Positions 10,370-18,896 of a stretch of 64,000 nt of DNA are shown one piece after another. Position 1 is the first letter of the stretch. Each line of letters opens with the position of its first letter. The translations under genes were made by a program, and so were the position numbers. The notes beneath the pieces are model-generated. The model searched no databases. It was not told the DNA's origin and saw only the letters and a program-made list of their open reading frames with translations. The DNA lies in contig CAZKCM010000018.1 of NCBI GenBank assembly GCA_964551315.1, positions 3,423-67,422 of the forward strand, written 5' to 3'. This DNA is from an uncultured Rhodospirillaceae bacterium (GTDB lineage: Bacteria; Pseudomonadota; Alphaproteobacteria; Dongiales; Dongiaceae).

Positions 10370-11137
10370 ATGACGGACCGCACCGACAGCCCGACGGTCA
10401 CCGCCGCCGTCCTCATCATCGGCAACGAGATCCTTTCGGGCCGCACCCGCGACGCCAATCTGCCCTATCTGGCCGTCCGGCTGAACGAGATCGGCATCCG
10501 GCTGCGCGAGGCCCGCGTGATCGCGGACGTCGAGGAGGACATCGTCGCCGCCGTCAACCAGTGCCGCTCCCGCTACGACTACGTCTTCACCACCGGCGGG
10601 ATCGGTCCGACCCACGACGACATCACCGCGGCCTCGGTGGCCAAGGCCTTCGGCCTGCCGCTGGTCCGCAACCCGGCGGCCGTGGCCCGGCTGGAGGCGC
10701 ATTACGAGCCGGGAATGCTGAACGAGGCGCGGCTGCGCATGGCGAACACGCCGGAGGGCGCGACGCTGATCGACAACCCGGTCAGCGCCGCCCCGGGCTT
10801 CCAGATCGGCAACGTCTTCGTGCTGGCGGGGGTGCCCTCGATCATGCAGGCCATGTTCGAGGGGCTGAAGCATCGCCTCGCCGGCGGGGCGCCGATGTTG
10901 TCGCGGACCGTGGCCGTCTTCCTGCCCGAAGGCGCGATCGCCAAGGGCCTGGGCGCCCTCCAGGACCGGTATCCGATGCTGGAGATCGGCAGCTACCCCT
11001 TCTTCCGCCAGGGGAAGTTCGGCACCAGCCTGGTCCTGCGCGGCACCGACTCCGCGGTCCTCGACCGCGCCGCCGAGGAGCTGCGCGCGCTCATTCGCGA
11101 GCTCGGCGCCGAGCCCCTGGACGCGGAGCCGGCCTGA
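10370..11137 (+). CDS. CinA-like molybdopterin-binding-domain protein
   Basis: IIGNEILSGRTRDAN, TTGGIGPTHDDIT, AGVP, IGSYP. Confidence 0.9.
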   Translation: MTDRTDSPTVTAAVLIIGNEILSGRTRDANLPYLAVRLNEIGIRLREARVIADVEEDIVAAVNQCRSRYDYVFTTGGIGPTHDDITAASVAKAFGLPLVRNPAAVARLEAHYEPGMLNEARLRMANTPEGATLIDNPVSAAPGFQIGNVFVLAGVPSIMQAMFEGLKHRLAGGAPMLSRTVAVFLPEGAIAKGLGALQDRYPMLEIGSYPFFRQGKFGTSLVLRGTDSAVLDRAAEELRALIRELGAEPLDAEPA

Positions 11138-12362
11138 CACCGGCCTCCCGCTTCCCTCGCGCGACGGAGGCTCGCGCCCGCACCGACCCGGCTTGTCCGG
11201 CGTCCCGCAACGCCAGCAGGGCATAGGCCGCGCGCCACAGGGTCAGCGCATCCCGCCAGCCGCCGGGCCCCAGCTCCGCATGGAACAGGTTGTCGACGAG
11301 ATAAAGCCGGGCCCGGCCTTCGGGCAGGGCGGCGGCCAGCCGGGCGCTCTCGCTGGCCGGCACGATGGGGTCGTCCCGGCCGTGCAGCAGGACCACCCGC
11401 GTCGGCGCCCGGCGGAGGTCGCGGCCTTCCAGGTCGAGGGCGCGCAGATCGGCGCGGAGGCCCGCCGGCAGGGCGTCGATCAGCGCCGGCACCCGCTCCG
11501 GGTCCCGGTTGGTCACCAGCCGGTAAACCGCCCGGGCCTCGGCGCCGAGTCCCACTGCCAGGTCCGCGACCTCCGCCGCGGGGTCGGCCCGGCGCCGCCT
11601 TGCCATGGCGATCAGCGCCGCGCGGTCGCCGCGATCGGCGATCCGGCCCGCGTTGCTCTCCACGAACAGCCATTTGCCGTAGGCGTTCGGCGGGCGGTAT
11701 CGCCAAGGCCCGCCGGGCGTCTCGCGATAGTGGCCGGTGGTGAAGAAGGTGATGGCCGCCTCGATGTCGTAATAGCCGCCGATCCCGACGAAGAAGTCGG
11801 CTCGGGTTCCCGGGTCCGCCGCGCGGGCGGCCAGCAGCGCCGGGCCGACGGCGTAGGAGATCGCGATCACGCCGGTCGGCTCCGGCCGCGGGCCGTGGGC
11901 GCGCCCCAGGAAGGTGAGGGCGTCCGCGACCTGCCGGATGTTGGCCGCGCTCACCCGCAGCGCCCGGAAGCTCGGGAGGTCGGGGACGAGAACGGCGAAC
12001 CGGGCGCGCGCCAGCGTGCTTGCGAAGGCGACCAGCCGCGGATCGTCCCGGCCGGCGGGGGCGAGACCGGGGACCAGAAGCAGCACGGCCTCGGGCCGCC
12101 CCGCGCCGGGCCGGTAAAGGTCGGCGTCGTAGCGGCGCCCCTCGACGGCGAAGGACAGGGGGCGCCGCTCGGGCGCCGGAGTCGCGGTCTTGAGCCGGCT
12201 CGGCCCCGGGCCGGCGGCCACGTCCTCGAGAATCATCCGCGCCTCGCCGAGCCGCCCCGGCGCGCAGGCGCCGAGCGCGAGCAGCGCCGGCAGCAGCGCG
12301 AGGAGGACGGCGCCGACGGGCCGGCCGCGGGCCGTTGCCCATCGGCTTGCGATGCGCCTCAT
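11091..12362 (-). CDS. Exported alpha/beta hydrolase
   Basis: Hydrophobic N-terminus with LGAC; AISYA nucleophile elbow; LHGRDDPIVP; LFH; 3' end overlaps cinA by 47 bp; start uncertain. Confidence 0.7.
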   Translation of the reverse strand: MRRIASRWATARGRPVGAVLLALLPALLALGACAPGRLGEARMILEDVAAGPGPSRLKTATPAPERRPLSFAVEGRRYDADLYRPGAGRPEAVLLLVPGLAPAGRDDPRLVAFASTLARARFAVLVPDLPSFRALRVSAANIRQVADALTFLGRAHGPRPEPTGVIAISYAVGPALLAARAADPGTRADFFVGIGGYYDIEAAITFFTTGHYRETPGGPWRYRPPNAYGKWLFVESNAGRIADRGDRAALIAMARRRRADPAAEVADLAVGLGAEARAVYRLVTNRDPERVPALIDALPAGLRADLRALDLEGRDLRRAPTRVVLLHGRDDPIVPASESARLAAALPEGRARLYLVDNLFHAELGPGGWRDALTLWRAAYALLALRDAGQAGSVRARASVARGKREAGVRPAPRPGARRRARE

Positions 12363-12476
12363 GACGCCCATATCGGAACAAACCCGCGCCCCCGCCAGGG
12401 CCGCGGCCGCGCCATTGCCCCCGCGCCGCCGTTGCATCCGCCCGCGGGCAGCGGCTAGCTTGTGGGACGCCGCGGC

Positions 12477-12565
12477 GCCCGCTTGGTGGAATTGGTAGAC
12501 ACAAGGGACTTAAAATCCCTCGGCCCGGAAGGGCCGTGCCGGTTCGAGTCCGGCAGCGGGCACCA
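12477..12565 (+). tRNA. tRNA-Leu(TAA)
   Basis: Acceptor stem GCCCGCT/AGCGGGC, D-loop TTGGTAGAC, anticodon arm AGGGA-CTTAAAA-TCCCT, long variable arm, GGTTCGAGTCC, encoded CCA. Confidence 0.97.
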
Positions 12566-12704
12566 GCGCAGATCCGGAAGGTGCGCCTTGCCGGTACCAA
12601 GCGGGCCCAGCGATGGGGTTACGGACGGTTGCTGCTCGGCCTACCGCGGAACCATGCGATCCGATCGGCCGCGGTGCAGCCGTCAGAGTCGGCGGCGTCC
12701 ACGC

Positions 12705-13067
12705 TCAAGCCGGCAACAGGTCGATTTCCGCGTGGATCTTTGTGTACGGCACCGACAGCCCGTCACTGTCCTCGATCAGCCCAATCCGCTTGAGCAGCGC
12801 CACGTCGCTGTGGACGTTCTTGTAGTTGCGGCCAAGCCTGCGGGCCAGCTCGTAAACGCTGGTGTGAGGATGCCGCTGCAACTCCCTGAGCAGCTGGAGC
12901 CGCTTCTCGGAGATCACCTGGGTCAGCATCGTGACATCGGTGAAGTAGATGGCCTCCGTTGTCTCCACGGCTTCGCCGCGTTCAGCGCGTTTCCAGGCAT
13001 CGATGAACTCCCGGCCTAGCCGCTCCGGGGTGCCGGTGCCGATGACGACCTCCCTCTGCTTGGTCAT
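12705..13067 (-). CDS. Putative antitoxin, HTH DNA-binding protein (HVO_A0114-like)
   Basis: KRLQLLREL, SVYELARRLGRNYKNVHSDVALLKRIGLIE, VPY; ATGA overlap with upstream gene. Confidence 0.8.
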   Translation of the reverse strand: MTKQREVVIGTGTPERLGREFIDAWKRAERGEAVETTEAIYFTDVTMLTQVISEKRLQLLRELQRHPHTSVYELARRLGRNYKNVHSDVALLKRIGLIEDSDGLSVPYTKIHAEIDLLPA

Positions 13068-13354
13068 GATTCACCTCGCTTGCGGCGCACGTCCGCCATG
13101 AAGTCCGCCCATAGCTGTTCTACCGTACGAAACACGTAAGGCTCCTCCTGGTCGCCCAGATGCCGGTGGTCGCCCTTGCCCAGCTCGTTGTCGTACCCGA
13201 CGATTCGTCGTCCATCCTTGCCGTAGTAAAGCCGATACTTCAGCCCGTGCGGCCGCTCGCTCGACGCGACCGGCAATCGCCAGATCACGGCCTCAAGTAT
13301 GGCGCCGTCGGGGAAGACCAACTTGCGCCGGAAAATGAGAGACGCCCCGGGCAT
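13064..13354 (-). CDS. Putative toxin, TumE/DUF6516-like
   Basis: IW, HGLKYRLYY, VGYDNELGKGDHRH, PYVF, LWADF motifs. Confidence 0.8.
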   Translation of the reverse strand: MPGASLIFRRKLVFPDGAILEAVIWRLPVASSERPHGLKYRLYYGKDGRRIVGYDNELGKGDHRHLGDQEEPYVFRTVEQLWADFMADVRRKRGES

Positions 13355-13357
13355 CCG

Positions 13358-13389
13358 TGGCATTATATACCATATGGTGTATAATGCCA
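13358..13389. promoter_or_regulatory. 32-bp palindrome (putative TA operator) overlapping the promoter
   Basis: TGGCATTATATACCAT|ATGGTGTATAATGCCA, one mismatch; minus-strand TATAAT lies 7 nt before ATG 13354. Confidence 0.8.
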
Positions 13390-13402
13390 TATATAAAAGC
13401 GG

Positions 13403-13450
13403 CCTCGGCCCGATGGAGCCGTGCCGGTTCGAATCGGGCAGCGGGCACCA
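13403..13450 (+). repeat. Degenerate copy of tRNA-Leu 3' half (att-like)
   Basis: 42/48 identity to 12518-12565; ends in CACCA. Confidence 0.9.
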
Positions 13451-13471
13451 GTGCCCCGGGTTCGCGTCCCG

Positions 13472-15778
13472 CTATCCTTCCCGCGGAATGAGGATCCGGC
13501 ACCGCAGGCCGTCCGGGGCGTAGGTGAGGTCGGCGCGGCCGCCGAGGTCGTAGGCGACGGTGCGCTCGATCAGCGTGGTGCCGAACCCCGGCTCCCGCGG
13601 CGCCGTCACCGGCGGTCCGCCCCGCTCCGTCCAATCCAGCCGCAGATGGGGGCGGCCGTCGCGCTCTTCGGTGTTCCAGCGCACTTCGATCTGCCCGGAC
13701 GGCACCGAGAGGGCGCCGTACTTTGCCGCGTTGGTCGCCAGCTCGTGCAGCACCAGGCCGAGGCCCAGCGTCTGCCTCGGCGACAGCGCCAGCTCGGGGC
13801 CGTCGATCTCGAGCGCCCGCGCCGCGGTCCCGTGCGCCTTCAGCGTCTGGCGGACGACCTTCTCCAGGCGGGTCGAGCGCCAGTTCGCCTGGGTCAGCAG
13901 GCCGTGCGCGGCGGCCAGCGCCCGCAGCCGCCCGGCGAAGGACTCGCCGAAGCTTTCAAGGGAGGTGGCGCGCCGAAGGGTCTGCGCCGCGATCGACTGC
14001 ACCACCGCCAGCGTGTTCCGCACCCGGTGGTTGAGCTCGGCGAGCAGCAGCTTGCGATGCTCCTCCGCCTCCCGCCGCTCGGTGACGTCGACGCAGGCGC
14101 CCGTGGTGTAGAGAGGCCGGCCGCGCTCGTCGAAGAAGGTCCGACCCTTGTCCGACACCCAGCGCAGGCTGCCGTCCGGCAGGATCACGCGATAATCGAT
14201 GTCGAAATCCGCGCCCTCCCGCACGGAGCGCTCGACCGCGGCGACAAGCGCCGCGCGGTCTTCGGGATGCACCCGCTCGAGCAGGTCGTCGACATGGCCA
14301 AGGGCTTCGTCCTCCGCCGCGTCCCGGTTCGCGCCGGCCTTCTCCTCGATGGGCATTCCATAAAGCCGCCGAAGGTTCTCGTCCCGGCTCACCAGATTGC
14401 TGCGCAGGTCCCGGCGATAGGTGCCGGTGCCGGAGGCGTAGAGTGCCGCGCGCAGACGCTCCTCGCGCTCGCGCACCGCCGTTTCGATCCGCTTCTTTCG
14501 GTCGATGTCCTCGACGACGCAGACGAAATAGTGCGGCGCGCCGAGCCCCTCGTCTCTCACGAGCGACACCGTCAGGCGGATCCAGATCGGGCATCCGTCC
14601 TTGCGAATGTAGCGCCTCTCCATCGCGTGGTTGCCGTCCCCGCCGGCGAGCAACCGCTCGGCGTTGGCGATGTCTGCCGCGAGGTCGTCCGGATGGGTGA
14701 TGTCCTGATGGCGCTTGCGCAGCAGTTCGTCCTCATCGTAGCCGGTGATCTCGCACAGCCGCCGGTTCACCCGCAGCCAACGGCCGTCGAGCCCGACATG
14801 GGCAAGGCCCACCGCCGCCTGCTCGAAGGTCGCCCGGAATCTGGCCTCGCTTGTCCGCAGCGCCTCCTCGGCGCGCTTCCGTTCGGTGATGTCCGTGCAG
14901 ACACCGACGAGATGCGTGGGGTGTCCGTCCGGGCCGGGGCGCAGGCGCGCCTTTTCCGCCAGCCACACGACCCGCCCGTCCGGTGTGAGCACACGGAATT
15001 CCACGTCGAAGAGCGCGTCGCCTCGCCGCGCCGCGGCGAGCGCCGCTTCCACCCGCGGGCGGTCCTCGGGGTGGATCATCCGGGAGAAGGTCTCGACCGT
15101 GCCGCTGCCGAGGCCGAACACCTCCACCGCGTTGTCCGACCGCGTGGAGATCCCGGTGGCGAGGTCCCAGTCCCAGGCGACCATCCGGTTGGCGGCCAGG
15201 CCGAAGCGCAGGAGCTCCTTCTGCTCGCGCAACGCGTCCTCGACCTCCTTGCGCCGGATCGCGGCGCCGAGGCCGTTGGCGACGGCCTGCAGGAATTCGA
15301 TGTCGTCAGGCCCGAAGCGGCGGGGCCGGTCGGCGGCGACCTCGATCACGCCATAGCTGCGGCCGGCCGCCTGAACCGGGACGCCGAGCAGCGCAACCAC
15401 GCCGCGTTCATGCAGCGGTCCGGGCGCTCGGAATTGCGGCCGGTCCGGCAGGTTGTCGATCGCGAGCGGCTTGCCCGTCCGCAGAACCTGCGTCGCCGGA
15501 GCGGTGGCGTCGGCCGCGAACGACATCCGGCCGATCAGGTCGTCGGCCCAGCCGACGCCGGCGCGTAGAAGGAAGTCGCCGGTGGCTGGACGATACTGCA
15601 GAAGTTGTGACCATCCGGTCTGTATGCCGTCGTCGGCATGGACCGCCGCGGCCCGGAAGAGGGCGTCGAGGTCGGCCGTCTCGTCGAGGGCCTCGGCGCT
15701 TAGCGCCGCCAGGGCGGAGGCCCGCCGCTGCGCGGTGGATCGCGGACTGGCCGATGCCTGCAATGCGCTCCCAACCAT
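13472..15778 (-). CDS. GAF-PAS(x3) HWE-family sensor histidine kinase
   Basis: GAF region; three HP(E/D)D...D(I/V) PAS units; ELNHRVRNTL, HELATNAAKYGALS, WTERGGP, GFG. Confidence 0.9.
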   Translation of the reverse strand: MVGSALQASASPRSTAQRRASALAALSAEALDETADLDALFRAAAVHADDGIQTGWSQLLQYRPATGDFLLRAGVGWADDLIGRMSFAADATAPATQVLRTGKPLAIDNLPDRPQFRAPGPLHERGVVALLGVPVQAAGRSYGVIEVAADRPRRFGPDDIEFLQAVANGLGAAIRRKEVEDALREQKELLRFGLAANRMVAWDWDLATGISTRSDNAVEVFGLGSGTVETFSRMIHPEDRPRVEAALAAARRGDALFDVEFRVLTPDGRVVWLAEKARLRPGPDGHPTHLVGVCTDITERKRAEEALRTSEARFRATFEQAAVGLAHVGLDGRWLRVNRRLCEITGYDEDELLRKRHQDITHPDDLAADIANAERLLAGGDGNHAMERRYIRKDGCPIWIRLTVSLVRDEGLGAPHYFVCVVEDIDRKKRIETAVREREERLRAALYASGTGTYRRDLRSNLVSRDENLRRLYGMPIEEKAGANRDAAEDEALGHVDDLLERVHPEDRAALVAAVERSVREGADFDIDYRVILPDGSLRWVSDKGRTFFDERGRPLYTTGACVDVTERREAEEHRKLLLAELNHRVRNTLAVVQSIAAQTLRRATSLESFGESFAGRLRALAAAHGLLTQANWRSTRLEKVVRQTLKAHGTAARALEIDGPELALSPRQTLGLGLVLHELATNAAKYGALSVPSGQIEVRWNTEERDGRPHLRLDWTERGGPPVTAPREPGFGTTLIERTVAYDLGGRADLTYAPDGLRCRILIPREG

Positions 15779-15941
15779 GGCGACCTTCAAAGCGCGGCGA
15801 GCCGCCGGTGCCGACGACTGGGTTCGAATCGGCGAAGGTCCGGCCGCTCGGTCGAATGCGTCCTCTGCGACACGACGATCATGGCGACAACACCTCATCC
15901 TCGCGGCGACCGGTGTCGCCGCTTCCCGGTCCAGATGATCC

Positions 15942-16727
15942 CTAACCCCGGCGCTTCATGCTGGCACCCAGGCCCGGATCCGGGCGCAGGTCGAATCCCT
16001 CGTCTTCGGCCTGCGCGCATGCGACGAGCCGGTCCATGTTGATGACCGTGATGTAGCCGCCGCTGAGCTGTAGGATTCCCATCCGCTGCCAGGACCGGAG
16101 TTGCTTGTTCACCGCCTCGCGCGTGACGCCCAGCATCTGCGCCAAATCCGTCTGGGACAGCTTCAGCGCGATGCGAACGCCGGTCTCGCAGGGATGTCCA
16201 TGCGCGATGGCCAGGGCCTCCAGCTTCTTGGCGAGCCGCGCACGCAGGCTGAGGAAGGCGAACTCGCCCAGGCGGTCCGTGTTCTCGCGCAGCCGCTCGC
16301 ACAGCAGCTCGATCAGATGCCGCGCCAGCCGCGGCTCCTCCTCGACGAGCGTCAGGAACAGGGGACGCCGGATGACGAGAAGCTGGCTGTCGGTGACGGC
16401 GCTGGCGCTCGCCGTGCGGGGCAGCGCGTCGAGCAGCGCGATCTCGCCGAACACGTCGCCTGGCTCCATCAGGCCGAGCGTCAGCTCGCGCCCGCCCAGC
16501 CCGACCACCGAAATCCGGATGAGGCCGGAAACGACGCCGAACAGGGCGTCCCCCTCGTCGCCTTGCTGAAACAGCAGCCTGCCCTTGTCGAGACGGCGGA
16601 CGTGGCTGAGGCGGGCCACCCGGAGCAGCAGATCGGGATCGAGGTCCCGGAAGACGAAGCTGCGTCCGATCAGCCGTGCCTTTTCCTCCGGGCTGATGTC
16701 GGCGGCCGGTTTGGCGGTCCGTTCCAT
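15942..16727 (-). CDS. Crp/Fnr family transcriptional regulator
   Basis: LFQQGD, FGEIALLDALPRTASA cNMP pocket; SQTDLAQMLGVTREAVNK HTH. Confidence 0.92.
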   Translation of the reverse strand: MERTAKPAADISPEEKARLIGRSFVFRDLDPDLLLRVARLSHVRRLDKGRLLFQQGDEGDALFGVVSGLIRISVVGLGGRELTLGLMEPGDVFGEIALLDALPRTASASAVTDSQLLVIRRPLFLTLVEEEPRLARHLIELLCERLRENTDRLGEFAFLSLRARLAKKLEALAIAHGHPCETGVRIALKLSQTDLAQMLGVTREAVNKQLRSWQRMGILQLSGGYITVINMDRLVACAQAEDEGFDLRPDPGLGASMKRRG

Positions 16728-16836
16728 CGCGTCCTCCCTCGCGTCCCGGGATGCGTGAGCCGTTCGCGCCGGCCGGTCGTTGCCGTCGGCGCCGCACCCC
16801 GGACGGGTCCGCTTCCCGGGCGCATTATGGAGCCAT

Positions 16837-16852
16837 TGTGAAGCGGTTCATA
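16837..16852. promoter_or_regulatory. CRP-like box TGTGA-N6-TCATA
   Basis: 9/10 match to TGTGA-N6-TCACA in the divergent crp/methyltransferase spacer. Confidence 0.6.
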
Positions 16853-16924
16853 GCCGGATCGCGCCCGCGGCCGTAGACGAGACGATGCCGCATCGGGCGG
16901 CGAATGACTTGAAGGGAGGTATGC

Positions 16925-18001
16925 ATGTCTGCGGATGGATCACAACCGGTGAACGGCGAGAAGGTTCACGCCTTCGTGGGGCAAGTCGTCAACGATATGG
17001 CGGCGGCGATGTCGGGGGTGATGACCAATCTTGGGCACAAGCTCGGCTTCTATCGGGCGATGGCCGGCGCCGGCCCGATCTCGCCGAAGGATCTCGCCCA
17101 AAGGACGAATACCCACGAACGCTATGTGCGCGAATGGCTGAACAACCAGGCGGCCGGCGGTTACGTCACCTATCACCCTCAGAGCCGCACCTACGAACTG
17201 CCGGCGGAGCACGCCGCGGTGCTGGCCGACGATGGCGGCGCCGTCTTCCTGGCGCCGGGCTTCGACCTGATCTCCAGTCTCTGGCTGGACGAGGACAAGA
17301 TTGCCCAGGCCCTGCGAACCGGAGAGGGCATCGGCTGGCACGAGCATCACCACCGGCTGTTCTTCGGGACCGAGGCGTTCTTCCGCCCGGGCTACAAGGC
17401 CAACCTGACCGAAACCTGGATCCCGGCGCTGGAAGGCGTCGAGGCGAAGTTGCGGGCGGGCGCCCGGGTCGCCGATGTCGGCTGCGGCCACGGCGCCTCG
17501 ACCATCGTGATGGCGGAGGCCTATCCCAACTCGACCTTCGTCGGGTCCGACTACCACGACAAGTCGATCGAGGTTGCCCGGCGCCGCGCGGCGGAGGCCG
17601 GCGTCTCCGACCGCGTCGCGTTCGAGGTCGCCACCGCGAAGACCTTCTCCGGGGACGGCTACGACCTGATCTGCTTCATGGACTGCTTCCACGATCTGGG
17701 CGATCCGCTGGGGGCGGCGAAGCACGCGCGCCGGGTCCTGGCCGATGACGGCACGGTCCTCATGGTCGAGCCGTTCGCCGGAGACCGCGTCGAAGACAAC
17801 ATCAACCCGGTCGGACGGATGTACTACGCGGCGTCCACCGGGATCTGCACCCCGAACTCGCTCTCTCAGGAGGTCGGGCTCGGCCTCGGCGCCCAGGCCG
17901 GCGAGGCGCGTCTGCGGGCGATTCTCGCGGAAGCCGGGTTCGGCCGCGTCCGCCGCGCCGCGGAGACACCCTTCAACCTCGTCATCGAGGCGCGGCCTTG
18001 A
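16925..18001 (+). CDS. Class I SAM-dependent methyltransferase with N-terminal wHTH (Rv2258c-like)
   Basis: ERYVREWL, VADVGCGHG, DCFHDLGDP, GLGAQAG. Confidence 0.9.
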   Translation: MSADGSQPVNGEKVHAFVGQVVNDMAAAMSGVMTNLGHKLGFYRAMAGAGPISPKDLAQRTNTHERYVREWLNNQAAGGYVTYHPQSRTYELPAEHAAVLADDGGAVFLAPGFDLISSLWLDEDKIAQALRTGEGIGWHEHHHRLFFGTEAFFRPGYKANLTETWIPALEGVEAKLRAGARVADVGCGHGASTIVMAEAYPNSTFVGSDYHDKSIEVARRRAAEAGVSDRVAFEVATAKTFSGDGYDLICFMDCFHDLGDPLGAAKHARRVLADDGTVLMVEPFAGDRVEDNINPVGRMYYAASTGICTPNSLSQEVGLGLGAQAGEARLRAILAEAGFGRVRRAAETPFNLVIEARP

Positions 18002-18060
18002 CGCGGCCGGGACCAGAAGCATAGGACGCCGACAAGCACACCCTTGCCATGACCCGCGAC

Positions 18061-18099
18061 GGTGGCCCCTTCCCCGCGCAAGGCGGGGGAGGGGGCGCC
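18061..18099 (+). terminator. GC-rich hairpin (terminator or palindromic repeat half)
   Basis: GCCCCTTCCCCGC-GCAAG-GCGGGGGAGGGGGC downstream of the methyltransferase; no U tract. Confidence 0.4.
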
Positions 18100-18209
18100 G
18101 CGCCCGTTAAGGGCGCCGTCCCTGCGTGGACGTGGACAGCGCGGGCCGGACGCTCTTACAGTGCGGGAAGGTCGGACAGGGGATTCAACCGACAGGGGGA
18201 ATCGGACGG

Positions 18210-18878
18210 ATGGACCGGCATCTCGGAACGGAGGGGCGAGGCGTGGCATCGGGGTCTTTCGCCGCAGCGCTGATTGCGGCCCTCCTGTTCTCACTCGTGT
18301 CGCATGGCGGCGCAGCCGGGGCCGCGGAACCGCCGGCCGATTGCGCGGTGGCGCGGCTGACCGGCACGGCCACGGTCCTGCGCGAAGGCGCCAGCCTGCC
18401 GCTTCGGCCCGGCACGCCCTTGCGGCCGGACGACCAGGTCGTCACGGCCGACGGCTCGCGTCTCGCGATCGCCTGTTCCGACGGGTCGAGCTTCGTCATC
18501 GGCGAGCGCTGCAGCGTGTCGCTCACGGCTTTCGACGGCGCGGGGGATGGGGGCGGCGCAAGCGCCCTCGTCGATCTGATCGAAGGCATCCTCCGGCTGG
18601 CTCTGTCGCCGCAACCCGCCTGGAACGGACTCGAAGTGCGGACGGCAACGGCGATCGCGGCCGTTCGGTCGACCGAGTGGATCGTCGAATCCGCGCCGGA
18701 AGGCACCGCGGTCTTCGTCGTCGAAGGGGCGGTGTCGGTGTCGGGCCGGGCCGGCGGCGAGGTGCTGCTGCAGCCGGGTTACGGGACCGACGTGCCGCCC
18801 GGCGGGGCGCCGGGCGAGCCCAAGCGCTGGGGGGCGGCGCGGGTCGAGTCCGCCTTGGCTCGCACGCGCCTGCCCTAG
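18210..18878 (+). CDS. Exported FecR-domain protein
   Basis: Signal/TM segment, D-x-V-x-T, VRTATAIAAVRSTEW, VFVVEGAV, PKRW. Confidence 0.8.
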   Translation: MDRHLGTEGRGVASGSFAAALIAALLFSLVSHGGAAGAAEPPADCAVARLTGTATVLREGASLPLRPGTPLRPDDQVVTADGSRLAIACSDGSSFVIGERCSVSLTAFDGAGDGGGASALVDLIEGILRLALSPQPAWNGLEVRTATAIAAVRSTEWIVESAPEGTAVFVVEGAVSVSGRAGGEVLLQPGYGTDVPPGGAPGEPKRWGAARVESALARTRLP

Positions 18879-18896
18879 CTTGGCGGTTGCGGCCCG

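Larger units (their letters stand above)
12518..13450. mobile_element. Integrase-less mini genomic island at tRNA-Leu (att-like repeats flanking a TA pair)
   Basis: 48-bp direct repeat 12518-12565 / 13403-13450; interior looks lower in GC and holds only two genes. Confidence 0.75.

Noticed and set aside
12477-12565. bldA-like TTA-codon control through tRNA-Leu(UAA)
   Set aside because: No TTA codon in the AT-rich 5' part of the sugar transferase, the only region checked; a full codon count would be needed
13403-13450. Second tRNA gene
   Set aside because: Lacks the 5' half and has a T-stem mismatch; treated as an att-like remnant
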